From Octopus vulgaris (taxonomy: Eukaryota), in contig OX597830.1 in assembly GCA_951406725.2 (NCBI GenBank), forward strand, positions 27,528,001 through 27,592,000: 64,000 nucleotides of DNA, in the 5' to 3' direction. Shown in pieces: positions 56,995 through 64,000 of the stretch. Under the pieces are notes generated by a model that was not told the origin of the DNA, made no database searches, and worked only from the letters and a program-made list of their open reading frames with translations. A program made the translations under genes and the position numbers. Each line of letters begins with the position of its first letter. The first letter of the stretch is position 1.

Positions 56995-57968
56995 GAAAAA
57001 TGTATGTGCGTACACACACATAAAGATCAGGTGAGTTAGATGTTAAAATAACCCTCTAAGGGATAAAATGTATCCATTACACTACCGGTATATTAACTAT
57101 GTTTAACCATAGGCACACATAGGAAAACATATTATGCTCATAAATTATAGGTAAAGACAAGGATAAGCATGAGTTTATCAAGAATCAAAATTGAAAGAAA
57201 ACAGAAAATAGAGAAATATTGATGACTTACATCAATTATTATTTATTAATTCAATGCAAATAAACTGCATCCCATCTAACAGCTGTTTCTGCTTCCAATG
57301 TTGTGTGGTACTGCCATTGATATGCTAAAAATATTTATCATATTTGGTAATAAAACCAATCTTTGGTAATAAAACATGGGGTTTCGTCAGAGTGAAGAAT
57401 AAATAAAAAAAGAAGAGCCTAGAGAAGGAAAAGGAAAAGTCGAATATGGTGTAATCATACCATTTTGCTAGTGTGCCTCTTTGGAATGTTAAGTAAATGA
57501 CTAAACTTAAAATTGTATGTGGTGGATTAATCCTTTGCACGTGATGGGGATAGGATAGATAAATAATAAAAAAACATAAAAAATAATAGTGGGATACACC
57601 AGTAGCTTTTAGTTGCAGAAGGGGTGAAGATACAACAAGATTTTCAATTAATCATAATAATTTTAAAGAATTATGTTTAGAATATTAATTAATAGAATTT
57701 ATCATAATAAAGTGCTAATCGATTAAATGTAATTTTTTATTTATTTATTTACTTGTTGATGGTTAAGCCCTGCCTCCTGTTATCCGAAGTGAGATACACC
57801 GAGGTCCAACATTCGATATAATTGCTCGGTTGAAAAGACCTGTTATTGAAACCGTTAAACAGTGTAAGATAAATAAATAAATGAATGGGAAAATGGTGTA
57901 TGTTGTAAAGGGGCCCTTAAACGCTTAGGACAGTACATAGTAGATTTAAAGAAATAAATGTTGTGGAA

Positions 57969-58041
<73 letters not shown>

Positions 58042-58277
58042 AACACATATCTGGAAATATACATATGTATATATATATAAATGCTTTTTGCATATCTATC
58101 TATCTGTCTGTCTATTTATCTATCTTTCATTCTGTCTCCATATGTATATATCTCAGTATCTCAACGCACATGCCGTATATAACCAAAATGGATGAACTCT
58201 GAAACTATTATATTTGCAGACTAATTTTGTAAGTAACATCGACGCCAAATTTGGGTGAAATCTGTTGAAATTGGTTA

Positions 58278-58344
<67 letters not shown>

Positions 58345-60199
58345 ACATGTACGTACGTACACCTACTGTATACATGTTTTTGTACGCATACATGTTCGTG
58401 TGTGTGTTACCCGTATATCAACAAATCACTTTTTTCCTCGATGGAACATGTGTATACTGTTGTCAAACATGTGACTGATTTTGTTTTTGCAAGCCGAAAA
58501 CTAAGATTTCAATACATACACACACACATACATTTTGAGCTGCATGTATAAAATATCAGCAAATTTATTGAAAATGAAAATAGCCTTATACTATAACTAT
58601 TTTAAGTTATGATGATTTTTCCCTATCACTAGATATTTCACGTTGCTGATGAACACACAAAGGAGTATTAAATTCCCGTATATTCAGGATATTTGCATAC
58701 ATGTTTATTTCTACATATATTAATATTTGCATGATACGTTGAGAACTTTTTTTATTAATATAGATGCGATATTTTGGAGTTGCGCTCGATTTACTTGTTG
58801 AAATGTATGCGAAGAAATGAAAAGTTTTGAAACTCTTCTTACACAAAGCACAACTTGCATCAAAGCTAAGCAAAACAAAATCACCCCGTATGTGAAATCA
58901 CCCAGTATGTGAAAGAAATTGACAGATATTTTACTGTCATTTCTGTCCCTCCGTACCAGACACTTATCCTCCTCTGAAGCGAACTTCCTGGGTCAGCTAG
59001 AGGTATGTATACAAATAGCGTCAAAGCTATTTACTGTGTCGCAAAAGGAAAATAAAAAGATTTGTGTTTGAAGCAGCTTAAATAATTTAAACATTATCAA
59101 TACGACAAGGAATTTGGGAGATTTGGTTTTTGCGCATAAATCCAAATGTTCGCTGAGTGGGATTTGCCTAGTCTTTGGTTCACTTAGATGTTTTTGATAA
59201 ATCGTTAACCTCATTCTTAAGGTGAGTTTGGTTAGTCTGATGTAATCTTCCTGCATCCGTTGCATTTGATGGCATATGTTAACATTTTTGGAGAAGAATA
59301 AAAGGGATATTTCACAATAAAAACTAGTCACAATTTAAATTCATATGATGTGCCTTTATTAAGTTTGGTAAAGATTCCTAATTAGAGAGGCCACAACATT
59401 TAGTTGTTGCAGTTGAGTTTTTAGTTGGTAGTATTGTGCTGTTAAGTTGTACATTTTACGGATTTTGGTTGTCGTGTGCATTTGATTATTTTGTATGATT
59501 CGAGCTCTTTTTTCATTCTTAGGTCTTAGTTCAACAATATGTTCTGATGTCAACTATTTTATTTGCTGCAAAGCCATACTTTGAATAACGAACTCTATAT
59601 ACGCCTATCGAGCTATATTTAAATATTTATGCCGGTGACATTTACGTTTATGTCGGATTTCGGATAAGATGAATGATGAGAAAACATATCTACGTATGGT
59701 GCTCCATCATGGCCATAGTCAAATGACTGAAACAAGTACAAAAGTAAAAGAATAAAAGAATATGTATATTTGCATGCATTCATGTAGAGCGACTGAATGA
59801 TACAATCAATTGCATGTCGGACGAAGTGTTTGGCAGCGTTTCGTCCAGTTATTAACAATCTGAGCTATTGACATCAGTTTTGTCTTTCATCATTTCGAGG
59901 TCGATAAAGTAAAGTACATGTTAAGTATTTGGGTTCACGTATTCAACTCGCCTCTCAAAATTGTGCTCTCCTCTGAAAATTGCTTGGTTCGAATCCTGCA
60001 ACAGGGATTGTTGTGAATTCGGTCTTTTGTAGTCATAAGACAGGTAACCCATCTTATGAGTTTTGTGGCTCACACACTTAGACACACACACATACACACA
60101 CACAAACACACACACACATACACACACACAAACACACACACACACACATACACACACACAAACACACACACACACACATACACACACACAAATGTATTG

Positions 60200-61590
60200 C
60201 AACAAAAATTATAATTTTGTTCATAGAGTTATCAAAAGTTTCCTATCCACAAAGCCAAAGCCTTGTGGATAGCTCGTCAGACTCAAAACAAAGACAAAAA
60301 ATTTAAACTTTCTACATCGCGGACGTGAGGAAACCCTCAGAAATCGAAATTTAAGTCTTAACATATAAAAAAGTTAATGAGGACGAACTGTCTCCCCTGT
60401 AACAGAGGATAAAACAACACTTGTAGACCCGAAAAAGCCTAACCAGTGGTTGTGGAAGCGACGTTTGGAAGACGTACTGGCTGATCCGATATATTTACAA
60501 ACATGGGATTTGGCTATATTCGCACTCCTGGTATATCTCTTGTAGGCTCCAGTCCACGGGATGTTGTTGGTAACACCGTTGCTGACGCAGTCAACATTGT
60601 CCAATGATCCGGTGCGTCGTGTTATCACTACTGGTTGGTGATGTAGCTGCCGGTGTTAGTGCGGGCGTAGCAGGTGGTAACATATGGTGCTTGGCCGGTC
60701 ATCCCGCCAGTGTCGATGATAATTATTTTGGTCATCCTCTGTCGTGGTGGTACTGGGAACACCAGATACCTCCTCTATGTCGCTGGACCCGGATTGGTCA
60801 TCATATCTAGGTGTGCCGATTGAACTGATGGTAACATATAATGCGGGGCTGGTCACTCTATATGTGTTTATGATAACGGTTTGTTTATCATCTGTGACGG
60901 TGGTGCTGGGACCGTCGGTTACGTCCTTTGTGACGCTGGACCCGGACTGGTCATCATCTCTGACTGTGGCGATTGTACTGGCGTGAGATCTGGTTAATCT
61001 GCTCATATTGCTGTTGGATTGTACATTGCTGTTAATGCGGATAGCAGGTCCGGTGTCACTGTAGCTTCATAGATGACTCCTTCAGCTTCGCATCGGTCTC
61101 CAACAAGACAGTTATTATTATAAACACTGCAAGAACAACCTGCCTCCTCTCTTGTGTTGTGGGTACTTGTTGAAATGGTTTTTTTATGTTAGGTACATAA
61201 CTAAAGGAGACTCATAGGTTGTTCTCGTTAAATAATTGCCTGTATCAATGTGTATGAAATGTTTGTCTATTAATCTAAGAAAAATCTTTCCCACACAAGT
61301 CTTGACATTAAGCGAGAAGGGTGGTGCAAACCAAACGACGTTTCTGCGGCGCTTCCTTTTCCGGGTGCTAGGGCCTGGCATGTAGAAGATGTAGTCCTTA
61401 AACCCACTCGATTCCAGTGCCTTATTGTAGTTGGAGGCAGCAGTGTGGAAGATATCTTGTCTAGAGGAAATCCTCTTGCTTACACCTTTCACTAGTTCCT
61501 TGAAAGCTATAGGAGGGTGACAGGAGACTGTGCTAATATATAACAGTATTTCTTTGGATTAAACCATCCCTTCATGAGGTTAACACAACC
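60200..61590 (-). mobile_element. 5'-truncated Penelope-like element: RT thumb, long linker, GIY-YIG, hammerhead-containing 3' end
   Basis: ORF 61184-61492 KGVSKRISS...YNKALESSGF...RKRKRRRNVVWFAPPFSLNVKTCVGKIFLRLIDKHF; ORF 60374-60628 KYIGSASTSSKRRFHNH; frameshifted. Confidence 0.9.
60226..60284 (-). ncRNA. type I hammerhead motif with a 13-bp stem II (partly degenerate)
   Basis: Minus strand: GAGT CTGACGA G CTATCCACAAGGC TTTG GCTTTGTGGATAG GAAA CTTTTGA TA ACTC. Confidence 0.7.
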
Positions 61591-61636
61591 TCTAATCGCA
61601 TATATATATATATGTATGCATGTATAAATATATACA

Positions 61637-61740
<104 letters not shown>

Positions 61741-62503
61741 GTGCACACACATATACATACATATATGTGTATATATATATTAAACTTGTCTTGTCAGATG
61801 ATATACACCTCATTATTTATAGCTTAGTCAAAACGAACAAGATGAGGTGGTGAAATATCTGTATATTCATGATATTTAACTGTTTATAGAGTGTGGCATG
61901 CGCAGCATACAATATTATGTCACTACGACATAGGCCTACATGACACGTACGACAATTTGTATAAATAGCTAAATATCCAGGGATAACAATATCAAGGTGA
62001 CCAGAGACTATTTGATCGACATGAGGGCGCGACCCTAGATTTTTCCAGTTAAAGAGTTCCCCAAAATGTCAGTAGTTATTTGATATTTAGAACTTTATAT
62101 CTACAGTTGGCTTCAGTTCTCAGACAAACCTGAGTATTTGTACTCAACGAGTGAAGGACACACACGCGTATAAGCATATCCTGTGGTTTTAATATAATAT
62201 AAAGATCTGTTATCTGTTGCCAGGTTTAAAACAGAGATTTACCTTCATGGTAAACGCTAGTCCTATTGGGCGTACGAGCAATCGAAAGTGCGCACATTGT
62301 TGAGCATTGCAACGCACATTGTCGAAAGAGACGGTGATCCATTTGCTCTAAGGATATTTATGAAGAAAATATAACGTGTGCAACAGAGAATATAATAACA
62401 GGATATATGCAAAATTTCATACGATAATGAATAGATAATCACGCATATTCACAAGTATATATGAGTGTATTTATGCATATATATGCATATAAATAATTGC
62501 TTT

Positions 62504-62544
<41 letters not shown>

Positions 62545-62563
62545 GGTGTGTAAGATATATATA

Positions 62564-62597
<34 letters not shown>

Positions 62598-63575
62598 CAG
62601 GGTGCATAAGATATTTGTGAAAAAATTTGTTTTATAAAAATAAAACCGATATATAACAGATAATAACTTTATCGAAAAATGCTAAGAGGATAAAAATAAA
62701 CCTTCTTTTCAATAATGTTATTCAATAAAGCCATCTTCAGCTTCAACAACTGCTTCTATATGAGATCTAAATCATCTACATGCTCGAATCAAGTGGTCGT
62801 GCTTCATTTAGGACATTACTCTGAATATGGCAGCTTTCAAAGAATCTCTGGTGCTATGTGCGTGTTCATTCACCTCTTTCTCAACAACACTCCAAATGTA
62901 ATAGTCCAATGGATTATGATCTGGGGAATTAGGAGGCCAAATGTTAGGAGTTATGTGATCATGAAAATTTTCAGCCATCCATTCCTGTGTTACTAGATCC
63001 ATGTGTGATAGTGCAGTCTTACTGAAACACATATGGCCTTCCACTGCAAACACTGTTTATCCAGGGCTTAACAATTATTTCTAGGACCTCAATATAGGCG
63101 GCAGAGTTAACTCTAAGGCCTTGTGGAAAGGCATCAAATATCTTTGATTGCTGACAACTCCTAAAACCATGACAGCTGCAGGTAATTTTGTATCCATAAG
63201 ACTTCAAATTTCAGAAGGGTTTGCACATAACCGTCTGTCATTTCTTCTGTTAACTTCTTGATCTTGGTCGAAATTTTTCTCGCTTGAGAACAACAAATCT
63301 TCTTCTGCTGGATTTTCCAGTTTGTTTAAGAACCTTTTTGATCTGATGTAGTGATTTTCTTTTGCTTTTTCTGAGAAATTCATCTTTCCTAATCATGTAA
63401 GACTTATATCTGATGTTTTCATGGACAACATTTCTGACTGTTCCTTCTGACACATGGAGAGCTTTTGCAATTGACCTCATGGACTTTCTAGGATTGTAAT
63501 CAATGGTCTGTTGAACTTGCTAGATAAATTCAGGTGTTCTGATTATTTCAGAGCGTTTAGAATGCCTTTCATGTC
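62598..63575 (-). mobile_element. Tc1/mariner superfamily, maT (DD37D-like) transposon relic
   Basis: TA-CAGGGTG terminus; SMRSIAKALHVSEGTVRNVV HTH, LRVNSAAYIEVLE, YVFQ, WPPNSPDHNPLDYYIW motifs in broken frames. Confidence 0.88.
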
Positions 63576-63609
63576 TGGCAACAGGACTATGCCTGATGCT
63601 ACATAAGCA

Positions 63610-63998
63610 GGAGAACCCAGTCATGGTTGTCAAACAATTTCTACGACCACATCACCCCTAACATCTGGCCATCTAACTCCCCAGACTGCAACTCCCTTGA
63701 TTATTACGTGTGGGGCGCAGTTGAGCGAGAGACCAACAAAACTCCTTGTAACATCAAAGGCAAGGATTATGGCAGCATTCATCAGCTTAAACAAAGAGAC
63801 AGTCCAGAAGAGCTGCAGCAGATTCCGAAGTCGTTTGGAGGTCGAGGTTGAAGCCAATGGTGATTTTATTGAATAAATTTACTCTTTCGTATTTCAAGAT
63901 ACTTTTATGTAATTTTGGCAAATATATCTGTGAAAATGTGATTTCAGTGTTATTTTTATTTTTGCGTAATTTAGACGACAGCTTTTCACTGGAGCCTG
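63610..63998 (+). mobile_element. second maT-like transposon 3' relic
   Basis: DHITPNIWPSNSPDCNSLDYYVWGAVERETNK; ends TTTTCACTGGAGCCTG (TIR-like). Confidence 0.85.
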
Positions 63999-64000
63999 TG

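Noticed and set aside
58600-59580. Possible DNA-transposon relic with Cys-containing short ORFs
   Set aside because: No diagnostic motif, TIR or TSD that I can identify

Overview
AT-rich, microsatellite-saturated animal non-coding DNA. The SINE and LINE repertoire looks like that of a coleoid cephalopod, most likely Octopus (inferred from repeat families, not from a search). I find no convincing intact host protein-coding gene: nearly all ORFs in the track are translations of (TA)n, (CA)n, (TAT)n, (CAT)n, (GATA)n and (ACC)n repeats. The window holds many tRNA-derived SINEs (a GGAGGCGCAATGG-headed family with two alternative tails, a Meta-domain-like family that forms multimers, and a CORE-like family). 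It also holds relics of R4/Dong, RTE, CR1-like and Penelope-like retroelements, mariner, maT and Tc1 transposase relics, a hAT MITE with an 8-bp TSD and a Helitron 3' end. The most notable signal is a set of at least seven type I hammerhead-ribozyme motifs. One is nearly intact and sits at the tip of a ~157-nt rod-like hairpin (8900-9056), two have greatly extended stem II (36931-37037, 60226-60284), and others lie in a ~200-bp non-coding family that abuts (TA)n tracts. A promoter or first-exon-like unique island lies near 13.1-13.9 kb.
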